DNA of 64,000 nt from an uncultured Thermoplasmata archaeon (GCA_963719945.1 CAVRDX010000004.1:96001-160000), one strand, 5' to 3'. Positions 20,701 through 30,726 are shown, numbered from the stretch's first letter. Numbers and translations: made by a program. The notes: a model not told the origin generated them from the sequence alone.

Positions 20701-23179
20701 GTATCACATTATGTGCCAATGGGGATGGCACCCCGGAGAACTGTATGTACTCGACTGAACGAGTGCCGGCCTCGATCGTCGACAGCACTTCCCGTGCGTG
20801 CTCCAGGTCCATCACCTCGGTCAGTATCTCGGAATATGTCTCTGACATGACGGGGAAGTCTGACAACTCGTGTAATGCGTCCAACAATCGCTGGGAGCGC
20901 AGCTGCTGTCGCGCTACAGACATCGCCCGTCCCTTGTAGTTGCGTAGGACCATGAAGCTCCTGGTCGCTGTGTGTCTGAACCTATGATGGAACAGTTCGG
21001 AGTCCTTGACTGCATCCTTCAGGACTCTCTCTATGTCCTGCGAACTCAGAAGCCGTTCTAGGCCATCCAGCTTGAAATCCCTGGGCGCGGTGAGCATGAA
21101 ACAATCATCAGTCACAGATACGGTCACGTTGCACCCGAGCTTCTTGGAAAGAACCCACGCATATGATCGGCTGAGCGCATCATTGACTCGACGACCGAAT
21201 GGGAAATGGAATATGGCGTTCCTATTTCCAGATGGATCGATGTATCCTTCTATGACGAGGCGCCCATCAGTGGGGAGCTTCGCCACCATCTTCTGTTCTC
21301 GGAAATAGCTGATGATCGTGGCCGCAGAACCCTCATCCACCATGAATTCGTCCATGATCCATTTAGATATCAGATCGACAGGGTCTCTGTCGAGCCTCTC
21401 TTCGAATTCCCCGCGGAACTTGCCGATGAGAACGGACAGGTCGAAGCTTCTCGGGAGCGTCTCCCCGGTCCATGAGGGGACCGTGGGCTTCCTGCCGCTT
21501 GCACTCTTGACAAAGGCCTTGGTGCCTTTCGCACGAACGAACTCGTAGCTTCGTCCTCCGAGGACGAATATGTCCCCCGCTGAGAGTCGTTCGACGAACT
21601 TCTCGGACAGGGAACCTATCGGGGCGCCGCGCTCTGAATATATCTTGTAGTCCGCCTCCTCGGGTATGGTGCCCTGGTTAAGGTAGAATATCATCCTGGA
21701 ACCGCGCTTCTTTCCGAAAGTATCTGTACCGACATCGAACCATATCTTGGAATAGACCCCTTCGAAATCGTCCTTGCCAGCGAGATATCTGACCACGCTG
21801 CGCATCTGGTCGATCGTAAGGGTTCTGTAGCAGTATGACTGCGTGATCAGTGAAAATGCCTCGTCAACAGTCCAAGGATGATCGAGCGATAGACCGACTA
21901 TCATCTGCGCGAGAACGTCGAGGGAATTTACTGGTATGGAGACCCTGTCGATCATCTTCTTATGAGCGGCTCTCGAGAGGACCGCGCATTCCACCAGGTC
22001 GTCGTTATCGAAGACGAGCATCCGGCCCTTTGACGTGCCACCGTACTGATGACCCGCTCTGCCTATCCTCTGCAGACCTTTCGCCACGGATTTTGGAGAA
22101 CCTATCTGGACAACCAGGTCGACGGACCCGATATCAATCCCCAGCTCGAGGGAGGTCGAGGAAACGACCGCCTTGAGTTCGCCTCTTCTCAGGCGCTCCT
22201 CGACCTCGAGTCTGGTCTCCCGGCTCAGGCTTCCATGGTGTGCGCCGACGTTCTCGAGACCTCGTTCCTTCAACTTGTACACGACGCTCTCCGTGCCACT
22301 GCGAGTGTTGGTGAAGACCAGAGTTGTCTTGTGAGAATCGATCATGTCCTTGAGGACGTCGTACATCTTGGAGTTGACGACTTCGAATGAAAGGGCAGTC
22401 ATGTCACTGGCAGGGCACATGACCTGCAAGTCCAAGGATCGCTGACGGTACACCTCGATGATCTTCATCGCTCGAGGTTTCCCGCCTTCGACGCCTGCAA
22501 GAAAATCCGCAACCTCTTGGATGGGGGCCACGGTTGCCGAGAGCCCTATCCTCACGAAATCCTTTGTACAGATGCTCCTGAGCCGCTCCAACGCCAGAGA
22601 AAGAGCGACGCCGCGCTTCGAGTCGCATATCTCATGGACTTCGTCCACAATCACATAGCTCACTTGCTCGAACTTCTTGCGGAATACTGGCGTGGACAAT
22701 ACCAAGGACAACGATTCAGGAGTCGTGATGAAGATATGCGGTGGCGACCGGAGCTGTTTTTGTCTCTCGTTGGGAAGGGTATCTCCTGTCCTGACACCTA
22801 CTCTGATCTGCGGTACAGGACGACCTTTGCTCCTGAACAGCTCTGAGATCTCATCGAGCGGGCGGATCAGATTCGCGTTTATATCGTTCGCGAGGGCTTT
22901 CAATGGAGAGACATAGACGGCATAGACTCGATTCTCGAGCTCTTCCTTCTCCGCCATGAGGGTGAGCTCGTTCAGGATCGCCATGAAGGCGGTCAGAGTC
23001 TTCCCAGAACCTGTGGGGGAAGAGACGAGGACGCTTTCCTTCGAATGGATGAGGGGGACTGCCATGGCCTGGGCCTCAGTCACTTCCGTGAATCGAGACT
23101 TGAACCATTCCGCGATGACCGGGTGCATCAGGGAGAGGACCCTTGCTGTGCTCGCACTACTCTTACCCTTCTTCATCAT
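17795..23179 (-). CDS. lhr: Lhr-family SF2 helicase with a long C-terminal winged-helix/AlkZ-like extension
   Basis: SPTGSGKT, SPLKALAND, TTPESL, DEVH, LSAT, HHGSL, SLELGIDIG, QRIGRAGH, PSWTGE, followed by about 950 extra aa containing VLSLYDPF..FPVIHNG..AG. Confidence 0.9.
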   Translation of the reverse strand: MMKKGKSSASTARVLSLMHPVIAEWFKSRFTEVTEAQAMAVPLIHSKESVLVSSPTGSGKTLTAFMAILNELTLMAEKEELENRVYAVYVSPLKALANDINANLIRPLDEISELFRSKGRPVPQIRVGVRTGDTLPNERQKQLRSPPHIFITTPESLSLVLSTPVFRKKFEQVSYVIVDEVHEICDSKRGVALSLALERLRSICTKDFVRIGLSATVAPIQEVADFLAGVEGGKPRAMKIIEVYRQRSLDLQVMCPASDMTALSFEVVNSKMYDVLKDMIDSHKTTLVFTNTRSGTESVVYKLKERGLENVGAHHGSLSRETRLEVEERLRRGELKAVVSSTSLELGIDIGSVDLVVQIGSPKSVAKGLQRIGRAGHQYGGTSKGRMLVFDNDDLVECAVLSRAAHKKMIDRVSIPVNSLDVLAQMIVGLSLDHPWTVDEAFSLITQSYCYRTLTIDQMRSVVRYLAGKDDFEGVYSKIWFDVGTDTFGKKRGSRMIFYLNQGTIPEEADYKIYSERGAPIGSLSEKFVERLSAGDIFVLGGRSYEFVRAKGTKAFVKSASGRKPTVPSWTGETLPRSFDLSVLIGKFRGEFEERLDRDPVDLISKWIMDEFMVDEGSAATIISYFREQKMVAKLPTDGRLVIEGYIDPSGNRNAIFHFPFGRRVNDALSRSYAWVLSKKLGCNVTVSVTDDCFMLTAPRDFKLDGLERLLSSQDIERVLKDAVKDSELFHHRFRHTATRSFMVLRNYKGRAMSVARQQLRSQRLLDALHELSDFPVMSETYSEILTEVMDLEHAREVLSTIEAGTRSVEYIQFSGVPSPLAHNVILIGVSDIVLMEDRSMLLRDLHRKVLARVLGDDALSEYTFDAEVVTEYFDAKFPSIRTKNDILDALRLVGPMNLFKEKGENIYTRSIGNYDDLHSWSTELLREGKVRSVWIGEDVYVHSNDWPLYSSLHHRPHTPSVVEEALMDEMSDEPLDISTLSERLDLNKDDAKDIVKRLEIANLVHRSGIHGGRFQYSSSTHDPIEIDDCARDAVMRHLAYHAPLSIEDIAYEVGTSEEATEKALRSLLAKELVVSGRFVIGEQQQFMLARDYLALLSKERPVFDRETVRSYVESKLLGDIHSAREFFERFGDIGMPYDIAVRVRGFSIEEFGGMRDRGEVVLGRFVRGRLRYILSEEVQYYLGVFRRGRLSKYENAILKAAERLGPGTYQEIAEAAGIPGEVMREHFESLDRKGYLVRNFDGSDVWTSRNVYAVCSVEPELNGAFELVLSKYVRGYGPVTAFQAASHLDVEVDTARALLRKIGTEPITVGLEQTEMFVMKDELPDIGKMRTADTRVRVLSLYDPFLGDRWVEITSKYGEGWIFPVIHNGQIAGMVEEWLMAGAIDIREIRLDDQRLLGPLLDELDSVMDFYRSINVDIIRIKRAFGSDINELDAGVLKEFNNHGYRASNGMLVKGSLVTDCYERSELLDVVFSLQHWSDRDRLDDMSVALANYGGLRSNSEALIRVDGFAPLEILLKKGLVVRGHLVPDRVGYCTKEDASVYRAARSRELTPEEKLVLRIVKDQQPIRRDRALTVSPLGTEDTTEALKSLYSSSMLYLDTTRGYVAAPKTRLSRRSAWVRIIRRIFRSYGICSAEALSMMIGSEIPMRELRGILRLLEGEGTLVKGHLLRGSTTIYWATKEAHALMGESVPRASVVVAPEDSMVGYLRAGFRDSLPETGRYAVYSGPNLIGSFVGHIVQNKLVVEDLQGEDDCAEAIEGFAKRLGVALSDRAEGSLSEWEIMEFYRKSHPGMG

Positions 23180-23318
23180 GGCACCCTGACCGTCGATTCT
23201 ACTTCGTTATCAGGTGTCTATATTAATACGTTTTCAGAGGGGTGTACGAATCATGTATGGAAGGTTCGGCAAACGTATTTATCGCGACTACGTGATTGAC
23301 GACCACTGGAGCACCCTC

Positions 23319-24950
23319 GTGACGCATCAACCAATGTCTCTGTCTGTCAGGGTCCTGCTCGTTGCGGTCCTCGTACTCTCGATGCTTCCATCCTGGAGCA
23401 TGCTCCAATTTCAGATAGCAGATTCCGATCGTGCCACTATTCAGGCGATTGAATACAACGCCACCATAGTCGTTACCGTCACTGACGACGTGGGAAGAAC
23501 AATCGAAGGAGTACTCGTGCAGCTGGTTGGAACAACCCTCAGCAACCAGACAACAAACATCAGCGGCATGACGGCATTCACGGCATTGATGGCAGATACG
23601 AATGGTACTCGCTACAACGTTTCCGCCCAGAAGATTGGATACACCCCTTCGGGCGTCTTGGAGGTCGTCGCGACACCTGGAAATGTGTCTTCGATAACAC
23701 TGACGATATATGGCGGAAGCATACTAGGCACGGTCAGCTATTCGATGGGGCCCATTGCTGGCGCGATGGTCTCGATCTCGTCACTGGGATACTCGAACAT
23801 TACCGACAGCCTTGGCCACTATCGATTGGATGGCGTGCCCGGCAATACATTTCCTTACGCATTGACTGCCAGCGCCCACGGATATGTGAACAAGACGAAT
23901 GATGTGTATCTCAGCACCGGAGGTGTGACACAATCAGATTTCACCCTGACCTCGCTCACTGGATCGATATCTGGGACTGTCCGTGACTCGGAAACTTCCG
24001 AACCGCTCGCTGGTGCAACTGTCTCGGTGATAGTCGGAACTGTGACCGTCACTGCAACGACGAATGTCAATGGGACCTTCATGATCCCGGGCCTCGCTGC
24101 TGGGTCGTACTCGCTGAACGCTTCATTGGAGGGGTTCAATTCGGTCACAATCTCCGATATAATAGTCGAAAGCGGTGTCCATACGACTGGCATCGACTTC
24201 CAGCTCACAGAGAAGTCGACGCGCATTTATGGAGTGGTGAAGGCTGGCACTTTTCTGATACCTGGAGTGCTTATCACTATCGTGGGCACCGAGTTCATGA
24301 CCAACTCGTCTATCGATGGTGAGTATGAGATTCTGAATGTGACTGCTGGCACATACACCGTCGTTGCATCACGGGAAGGATATATCACGACCACGGTGGT
24401 CAATGTTGTAATCCCTAGAGGGGGAGAGAAACTGCTCAATATCGCCCTGGAAGGATTGCCGGGGTCGTTGTCTGGAAAGGTGATTTCCAGCGAGACAGGC
24501 CAGCCGATATCTGGTATCAAAGTCACGATTGCCAATCTCATAATGCAGCGGGAGACCGTGACCAACATCTACGGGGAGTTCGAATTCACAGGGATGGACG
24601 CGGGCAATTACACGGTAACGTTCGTTCTCGAAGGGTACAAGTCGAAGGAACTTGGACCGATCAGAATAACTCAGGAAGAGACTACGAAGCTCGACCAGGT
24701 TCTGATGGAGCCAGCAAGTGAGAGTTTCGGAGGGTTCATATTCGGTTTCGACCTCGCGCACTCGATGATGATACTAGCGCTATTCCTTACGATAATAATA
24801 CTCGCTCTCGCAGTCATCCTCAGAATAAGGACTTTCGAAACGCCCAACAATGCCCCTGCAGTATATGACGAGCAGGAGGAAGAGGCTGAGAAGGAGAAGT
24901 CCGGCGAGGCGATTGACGACGAAGTCGATAAAACAGAGATAGAAGGCTGA
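23319..24950 (+). CDS. Membrane-anchored surface protein with about 5 carboxypeptidase-regulatory-like (prealbumin-fold) repeats
   Basis: Signal-like N-terminus. Repeats of G-S-I-x-G-x-V...P-I/L-x-G-A-x-V...T-x-x-x-G-x-Y/F...Y-x-x-x-A-S-x-x-G-Y/F. C-terminal TM helix and acidic tail. Start uncertain (GTG 23319 or ATG 23334). Confidence 0.8.
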   Translation: MTHQPMSLSVRVLLVAVLVLSMLPSWSMLQFQIADSDRATIQAIEYNATIVVTVTDDVGRTIEGVLVQLVGTTLSNQTTNISGMTAFTALMADTNGTRYNVSAQKIGYTPSGVLEVVATPGNVSSITLTIYGGSILGTVSYSMGPIAGAMVSISSLGYSNITDSLGHYRLDGVPGNTFPYALTASAHGYVNKTNDVYLSTGGVTQSDFTLTSLTGSISGTVRDSETSEPLAGATVSVIVGTVTVTATTNVNGTFMIPGLAAGSYSLNASLEGFNSVTISDIIVESGVHTTGIDFQLTEKSTRIYGVVKAGTFLIPGVLITIVGTEFMTNSSIDGEYEILNVTAGTYTVVASREGYITTTVVNVVIPRGGEKLLNIALEGLPGSLSGKVISSETGQPISGIKVTIANLIMQRETVTNIYGEFEFTGMDAGNYTVTFVLEGYKSKELGPIRITQEETTKLDQVLMEPASESFGGFIFGFDLAHSMMILALFLTIIILALAVILRIRTFETPNNAPAVYDEQEEEAEKEKSGEAIDDEVDKTEIEG

Positions 24951-24986
24951 CGGGCGAGAACCGTCCGGTCAGCCGTTTGAAATCGT

Positions 24987-25595
24987 TTACTTGAGGCCGA
25001 GCTTCTCTCGGGCCTTCTGTTCGTTCGCTTTGATCTTGACGCCCACATCCGTGTATAGACTGCTACCGTGTGCATCGATCGCGACTGTCAGAGGTCCGAA
25101 GTTGTCTGCATCCATTATCCATATGGCCTCGGGCATCCCGAGCTCGTACCACTCGACCCCTTGAACGTTCTTGATGCCTTTGGCTGCGAGCACGGCTGCG
25201 CCACCAGTAATGGCCAGGTAGACACATCCATATTTCTTCATGGCATCAACAGTCGGCTGAGACATCCCACCTTTTCCGATGATGGCGCCAGGCCTAAACT
25301 TCTCGATGAACTGTGGTTCGAGAGAGTTCATCCTCGATGATGTCGTCGGTCCTGCGGCGACTACAAACCACTTGTCGTCGACCTTCTTCATGATCGGGCC
25401 GCAGTGGAACAACGCCGCCCCCTTGAAATCGACCGGGATCTCCTTGCCGTGCTCGAGGTGCTCCAGAGCGTGTATGTGGACCTCGTCCCTGCCAGTATAG
25501 ATGACCCCATCCAGGTATATTGTCTCTCCAGCTTTGAGCCCGCGAACGTCCTCTTCCGACAGTGGTGTCTTCAATCTCTTAGGCATCATTCTCAC
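24987..25595 (-). CDS. Fe-S hydro-lyase (class I fumarate hydratase/tartrate dehydratase) beta subunit
   Basis: TGRD..H, HCGP, AGPTTSSRM, IGKGGM, LGMPEA. Confidence 0.92.
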   Translation of the reverse strand: MRMMPKRLKTPLSEEDVRGLKAGETIYLDGVIYTGRDEVHIHALEHLEHGKEIPVDFKGAALFHCGPIMKKVDDKWFVVAAGPTTSSRMNSLEPQFIEKFRPGAIIGKGGMSQPTVDAMKKYGCVYLAITGGAAVLAAKGIKNVQGVEWYELGMPEAIWIMDADNFGPLTVAIDAHGSSLYTDVGVKIKANEQKAREKLGLK

Positions 25596-26464
25596 CCCTC
25601 ATGGATCGGGAAGGTGGTCTTCCCGTCCGGATATATCCTGACGTTGCCCCTTCTTCCAGCCCAACATTGCACATTGATCGCGACAGGCAAGCTTGCAGTG
25701 TGACAGTATGCGTACTCGATGTTCAGACCGAGCATCGTGGTCTTACCGCCCAGGCCCATCGGACCTATGCCAAGCATGTTGATCGCCTCGAAGAGATCCG
25801 TCTCGAGCTTCGCGATCTCAGGATCCTCGTGCCTCTTGTCCAACGGTCGCAGGAGGGCCTCTTTGGCCAGCTTCATGCAGATGTCCGATGAACCTCCGAT
25901 GCCCATCCCTATGATGGTCGGAGGGCACGGGTTGCTGCCAGCCCTCAGGAGAGTGCTGAGCGCGAACTCCTTGATACCCTTCAATCCCGCACTGGGTGTA
26001 AGCATCGCGAGGGCGCTCATGTTCTCAGATCCTGCACCTTTGGTCATCACTGTGATCTCGATGTAGTCCTTGTCCCCGACTTTCCAGTTGATGTACGGCA
26101 TTCGGTTTCCGACATTATCGCCTGGGTTCTTCCTCGTTATCGGATGGACTGCATTCGGTCTGAGAGGGACCTCTTTTGTGGCCCGTCTCACACCTTCGAT
26201 GATGCCTTTCTCGACGTCTACCTTACACCCCTTTGGAAGGGTCACGTAGAATATCGTTACGCCAGTATCCTGGCACATCGGTGTGTTCCCCTTCTTAGCA
26301 AGCTCTATGTTGTCCAGGATTGCCTTCAGCTGCATCCGAGGGACCTCGTCGGTCTCCGTCTCATAGGCCCTATTCAAGGCCTTTTCGACATCGGACGGAA
26401 GTCTGACGACGGTCTTCCTAAGCAGCTCGACAACCGCATTCTGGATATCGGCTTCAGTGACCAT
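25592..26464 (-). CDS. Fe-S hydro-lyase (class I fumarate hydratase/tartrate dehydratase) alpha subunit
   Basis: PMCQDTG, KGAGSEN, NPCPP, GIGPMGLGG, HTASLPV, QCWA. Confidence 0.92.
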   Translation of the reverse strand: MVTEADIQNAVVELLRKTVVRLPSDVEKALNRAYETETDEVPRMQLKAILDNIELAKKGNTPMCQDTGVTIFYVTLPKGCKVDVEKGIIEGVRRATKEVPLRPNAVHPITRKNPGDNVGNRMPYINWKVGDKDYIEITVMTKGAGSENMSALAMLTPSAGLKGIKEFALSTLLRAGSNPCPPTIIGMGIGGSSDICMKLAKEALLRPLDKRHEDPEIAKLETDLFEAINMLGIGPMGLGGKTTMLGLNIEYAYCHTASLPVAINVQCWAGRRGNVRIYPDGKTTFPIHEG

Positions 26465-26539
26465 GATGACTGCCTCTGTTCACGGGTAGGCAACGATAGA
26501 ATTAATGCCTTTTCATGGAACTCAGCGCGATTGAGACGA

Positions 26540-27577
26540 CTACCAGCTGTCGCTGAGCACGTACACGCCGAGCCTCGTCTTTACAAGGCGTACCTGTTCA
26601 CCTTTGCGGACAAATCCTGATGGCTTCCTGAGGTCCAAAGGAAGCATGGTCTCTGGATCGAGCACCTGGACCTCCTTATCGGTCTCCATAAGCACGACCG
26701 CGCTCCTGATCTGAGAGGCACGAAGGGAGAGCCTGAAGTCTGACGCTTCTTTCATCTTCAGAGGTTTGGAGTCCCCTTGCTTGAGGTCGATGCCATAGAC
26801 CGATCCCTTGGACATGCTGCGAACGAAGTAGTCCTTTGAGTCGTACTCGATGATGTCCCCTTTGTCGAATCCTGGCATCCTTACGAGGTAGGTCATCCTG
26901 GAGACCTCTTCCCCCTCGCGCATCCCCCACATGCTGGAGGATTCCTTATACTCCGCGCATCGGGTGTCCTGCAGCTCCCTGGCCACGTTCCTGGCAGGCT
27001 GCGCCTTGCTGAAGTAGAAGTCAAGACCGCCCTTCACCCGCTCTATCTTACTTATGAATAGGTCCCGGCTATCCCCCTTCATCGATTCCATCCTCAAGGT
27101 GACGAAAGTATTGAGCTCCTGCTCCATCTCATCGTCCATGGACTTGCCAGCGCCCCTCACCTGGAGAATGGCCTCGAAATAGTTACCCATCTTCTTTGAA
27201 CATTCTTTGCATGAACCACGCTTGAGCCTCACGACGGTCGAGACGGACCTCTCGAAGTTAGCGCCGCGCGATGCAAGTGTAAGGTCCACCTTCGCAAGGA
27301 AATTCCTCGGATCATTCTCCTGCAGAGTAATTCGTGTGTCTACGATCGTCACATCTCGAGGTGCGGATATCGAGCTCGTGACCGCCGATCCCATCGCCTC
27401 CGTCATGGAATCGATGGCCCTCCAGCGCCCTTCGATCTCGATGTGGGAGCAATGGGCGCAGATGGGCAGATCGACATGATCAGGTATCGTCACCCACACA
27501 TGTTTCTTGGCGTAGCAATCCTTGCAGAGAGAGTCGACGATCTCACAGTCCTCCGCTCCGCACTCGACACAGAACAA
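26540..27577 (-). CDS. nmd3: NMD3-family ribosome biogenesis protein
   Basis: FCVECG..LCKDC, CAHC, CKECSK..YFEAILQVR, QVLDPET. Confidence 0.9.
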   Translation of the reverse strand: MFCVECGAEDCEIVDSLCKDCYAKKHVWVTIPDHVDLPICAHCSHIEIEGRWRAIDSMTEAMGSAVTSSISAPRDVTIVDTRITLQENDPRNFLAKVDLTLASRGANFERSVSTVVRLKRGSCKECSKKMGNYFEAILQVRGAGKSMDDEMEQELNTFVTLRMESMKGDSRDLFISKIERVKGGLDFYFSKAQPARNVARELQDTRCAEYKESSSMWGMREGEEVSRMTYLVRMPGFDKGDIIEYDSKDYFVRSMSKGSVYGIDLKQGDSKPLKMKEASDFRLSLRASQIRSAVVLMETDKEVQVLDPETMLPLDLRKPSGFVRKGEQVRLVKTRLGVYVLSDSW

Positions 27578-27874
27578 TCAGATCATCCTCGCCATCTGAG
27601 CATGGGGGACGCACCCTATCATGATTATGTTGTCCTTGTCTACGAACCCGTTGTCCACCGCTATGCCCACAGTCCGCTCACCTACGAGGTTCGCTATGGT
27701 AGCTAGGCGGAGCCAGTTCAGCAGGACTTCGTCCTCCACCACGTCCTCCTTGTAGAACGATTCCGCGACTTCGATCCTGAGCTTGCCTGAACTGAACGTC
27801 TTGCCCACGATATCGGCATCGCATGCGGCCAACAGACGTTCGGTGCCCTTCGTGTGTATCTTGATGCATATCAT
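27578..27874 (-). CDS. DUF424-family protein
   Basis: LLAACDADIVGK, FY, ATIANLVG, VPHAQ. Confidence 0.85.
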   Translation of the reverse strand: MICIKIHTKGTERLLAACDADIVGKTFSSGKLRIEVAESFYKEDVVEDEVLLNWLRLATIANLVGERTVGIAVDNGFVDKDNIIMIGCVPHAQMARMI

Positions 27875-29994
27875 CCGATCCGCTCCTCGGTCGCAAGCTT
27901 GAAGTATCCTGGCTGTGGGGAATATATCTCCCCAGCATCGCTCAGCCGTTTGAGAAGCGCACGCACCTGCTCCTCGCTTATGTTGTCGGAACTCGCCTTC
28001 TGGATGAGCTCGTCCATGCTGACGCCTCTGCGTTCATCGGACAGCTGTTGCACGAGGTTCTTCAGGACGTAGATCTTCTCCCTCTGGCTCCTGCTGGTCC
28101 CTGTCGCGAGGATGTCTATGTCCATCCGCCCGCCCTCACTGGCGACCTTATTCAGATAATACTGGACGATCCCGATGGCCCTGCTCGCGTCTTCCGCGCT
28201 GACGACAGGCATCAGGCTAGCCCTCGCGCTCGCCTCGGACATACGGATGAGGGCCTCGAGCTGCCTGGCAGTGATGGGGACGGACGCTCCCTCGCCTTCT
28301 CCGAGCTTCCTTATCGACACATAGTAGTTCTCTATCGTCCGCATCGCCTCGTCACTCATGATAGGCGTGATGCGCTTGCTGAATGCCACATACTTCCTGA
28401 GGAAATCGCGTTCCATCGTCGGAACCAGCACATCGCTCTCACTAATTATCTGGTCCCTGTCGATCCCGGGTATAATCTCGGAAGAATCATGGAGCATCAC
28501 CTCTCCTCGCCTGTGGACAGTGAGTATGTGTTTCGCGATCCTCATATCCATATCCGAATTCGGGCGGTCGGTCATTGTGAATATCGCATCGAACCTGGAA
28601 AGCAATGCTGGAGGGAGGTCGATCTGTTCCGCAATGCTCCTGTTCTCATCGAACCTGCCGTACTTCGGGTTCGCAGCCCCCAGGACTGCGCATCGCGACT
28701 GGAGGGTTGCCGTTATCCCGGCCTTGGCAACGGAGATAGTGCCCTGCTCAAGACTCTCGTGGATGCTGGAGCGGTCCTGATCGCTCATCTTGTCCAACTC
28801 ATCAATGCAGGCGAGACCTTTGTCCGCGATCACCAGGGCGCCGGCTTCCAGAGTCCATCTGCCCTCCCCGAACTCGTCTTTGACCGCCGCCGCGGTAAGA
28901 CCCGCTGCGGACGACGCCTTGCCAGAAGTGTATATGCCCCTAGGGGCGAGCATTGCCATGTATCGCAATATCTGGGATTTCGCAGTGCCAGGGTCGCCGA
29001 TCATGACGATGTGTATGTCGCCTCTGATACGGGTACCGTCATCGAGCGTCTTGGAGACTCCGCCGAAAAGCTGCAGCGCGAGTGCCTCTTTCTCCTGCTT
29101 GTAACCGTATATCGTGGGGGAAATCGAGGACACCACTTTATCCAGCACATCCGGAGATGCTGCGAACTCCCGAATCATCTCCTCGTCCTCCGGGGTTATC
29201 ACGATCTCCTCGTACTCGTGCTCCTCGTATTCCACCGAGTTGACGTCTATGCTGATGTCAAAGAGGGTGGACTTGATCTGGGCGCCCTTCTGCTGGCTCT
29301 TCAGGATGCCGTTGATTATGATCCTATCACCAGGAGACAGCTTACCTGCGATGTCGTCTTCGATGTAGCCAACAAGACGCTCTGGTTGGGCGCCTCCTCT
29401 CAAACCCTCAGGAGGTTCCTGTATCTCGATCTTCTGAGTATCAACGAAGGTCGAAGGATCTGTGACCAATCGGAACTTGGTGGACCCTGACCCCCTCCCA
29501 CAACCGCCATCATCCTTTGGACATTCGAGGGGTTCCTGGAACTGCATCCCATCCTGATCTACAGATATCTGGAAGCCGCAACGAGCACATTCGAATTCGG
29601 CAATCGTAACGCGCGGCCGGACCTCGGTGGCCTTCCTTACCAGCCCTTCGACGGAGACAAATGTGCCGAGATGCTTCGCCCGCAGCTTCCTTACCTCCAC
29701 CCTGGAATCGCGCGGAAGACCCTTGATCCTGAAGTGCAAGAACGGGTTTGTCAGAGCGTGTGACACCATCCTCTTTATCGCGTCCTCGGCTGCGCCAAGG
29801 GACCGCGCAGGATTGATGAGTGTGTAATTGGCAAGGTCGGGGTCGAACTTCTCAATGGAGGAAAAGTCAACGTACATGCTTCGCACGTCTGGATACAGGT
29901 CGGCGATCGTGGAGACCTGGTGCCTCCGCTCCTGATCTCCGAGAAACTCTTCCCATATTGCTACAAGATCCTCAGGTGTGTAATCCTTAGGCAT
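27871..29994 (-). CDS. mcm: MCM replicative helicase
   Basis: CARC..C Zn motif, QKIEIQE, GDPGTAKSQ, GLTAA, LEAGALV, IDELDKM, AANP, ALLSRFD, TARQLE. No intein seen. Confidence 0.97.
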   Translation of the reverse strand: MPKDYTPEDLVAIWEEFLGDQERRHQVSTIADLYPDVRSMYVDFSSIEKFDPDLANYTLINPARSLGAAEDAIKRMVSHALTNPFLHFRIKGLPRDSRVEVRKLRAKHLGTFVSVEGLVRKATEVRPRVTIAEFECARCGFQISVDQDGMQFQEPLECPKDDGGCGRGSGSTKFRLVTDPSTFVDTQKIEIQEPPEGLRGGAQPERLVGYIEDDIAGKLSPGDRIIINGILKSQQKGAQIKSTLFDISIDVNSVEYEEHEYEEIVITPEDEEMIREFAASPDVLDKVVSSISPTIYGYKQEKEALALQLFGGVSKTLDDGTRIRGDIHIVMIGDPGTAKSQILRYMAMLAPRGIYTSGKASSAAGLTAAAVKDEFGEGRWTLEAGALVIADKGLACIDELDKMSDQDRSSIHESLEQGTISVAKAGITATLQSRCAVLGAANPKYGRFDENRSIAEQIDLPPALLSRFDAIFTMTDRPNSDMDMRIAKHILTVHRRGEVMLHDSSEIIPGIDRDQIISESDVLVPTMERDFLRKYVAFSKRITPIMSDEAMRTIENYYVSIRKLGEGEGASVPITARQLEALIRMSEASARASLMPVVSAEDASRAIGIVQYYLNKVASEGGRMDIDILATGTSRSQREKIYVLKNLVQQLSDERRGVSMDELIQKASSDNISEEQVRALLKRLSDAGEIYSPQPGYFKLATEERIG

Positions 29995-30117
29995 CGGTTC
30001 TCCCCCCGTTTCTGTCGATGAAGCATGATTCCGATTAGACCCTTTGGAAGAAGGGGTACGGAATGGCTGTTTGATACAAATGGTTTTGCTACTCTATAAC
30101 CGCCTTTACAAGTAGTC

Positions 30118-30639
30118 TCATGGCGCGCGTCCCACAATATCGTTCTGGATCGCGCAGACTTCCGCACTGGTCTCCACGGATGCGTACGCGTCAAGTATCT
30201 CTCTGTTCACCTTGATGAACACCGGCCCCCATTTGAACCTGGACATCAACCTCTCTGCATGCTCCGGGTAGCCGAGTATATAAACGGCGGCTGCGAGCGC
30301 CTCTGCAGTCGTCAGCTTCTGTGCCTTGCCGAAGTTAGTGGGGTTCGCGGCGAGGACGAACGGCAGGGCTCGGTGTCTGAGCCCCGGGCGGACGAATGGA
30401 AACTTCGAGAGCTGATTCCAGGAGCAATCGACAGCAAGAAGGCCCAGCTTCATCGCGATCTCCCGGTCCTCTCGCGATATGGACTTCTCTGCTTCCGGGT
30501 CGAGGACTATCGATCCGCCTGGTATTCGTGACCTGTCCTTGACAGGCCGAGCCTCTTCGAACTTTGTCAGCCTGGCGGCAGTGCACTTGCGCGGATCATC
30601 CTCGTGTTCCATCAAGATGTATAGCCGTATCTGCTGCAT
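30118..30639 (-). CDS. tsr3: 16S rRNA aminocarboxypropyltransferase
   Basis: DDPRKCTAARL, VDCSW, RALPFVLAANPTNFG, LTTAEA, FKWG. Confidence 0.92.
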   Translation of the reverse strand: MQQIRLYILMEHEDDPRKCTAARLTKFEEARPVKDRSRIPGGSIVLDPEAEKSISREDREIAMKLGLLAVDCSWNQLSKFPFVRPGLRHRALPFVLAANPTNFGKAQKLTTAEALAAAVYILGYPEHAERLMSRFKWGPVFIKVNREILDAYASVETSAEVCAIQNDIVGRAP

Positions 30640-30726
30640 CTAGTTGAGGCAGTGGCTGCCATAGTATTTAGGATACGTTGAGCGAGCTGGACAAGGGTTC
30701 TTAAAGGTGGGATGAATATATGCTGA

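Noticed and set aside
28048-29490. Long antisense ORFs (480 aa opposite mcm; similar ones opposite gyrA, gyrB and lhr)
   Set aside because: Shadow frames expected from GC-rich codon usage; they carry no motifs.
30001-30058. ORB-like fragments upstream of mcm (GAAACGGGGGG; CCCTTTGGAAGAAGGGG)
   Set aside because: Both lack the TCCA half-site and correct spacing, and the G-run doubles as the RBS.
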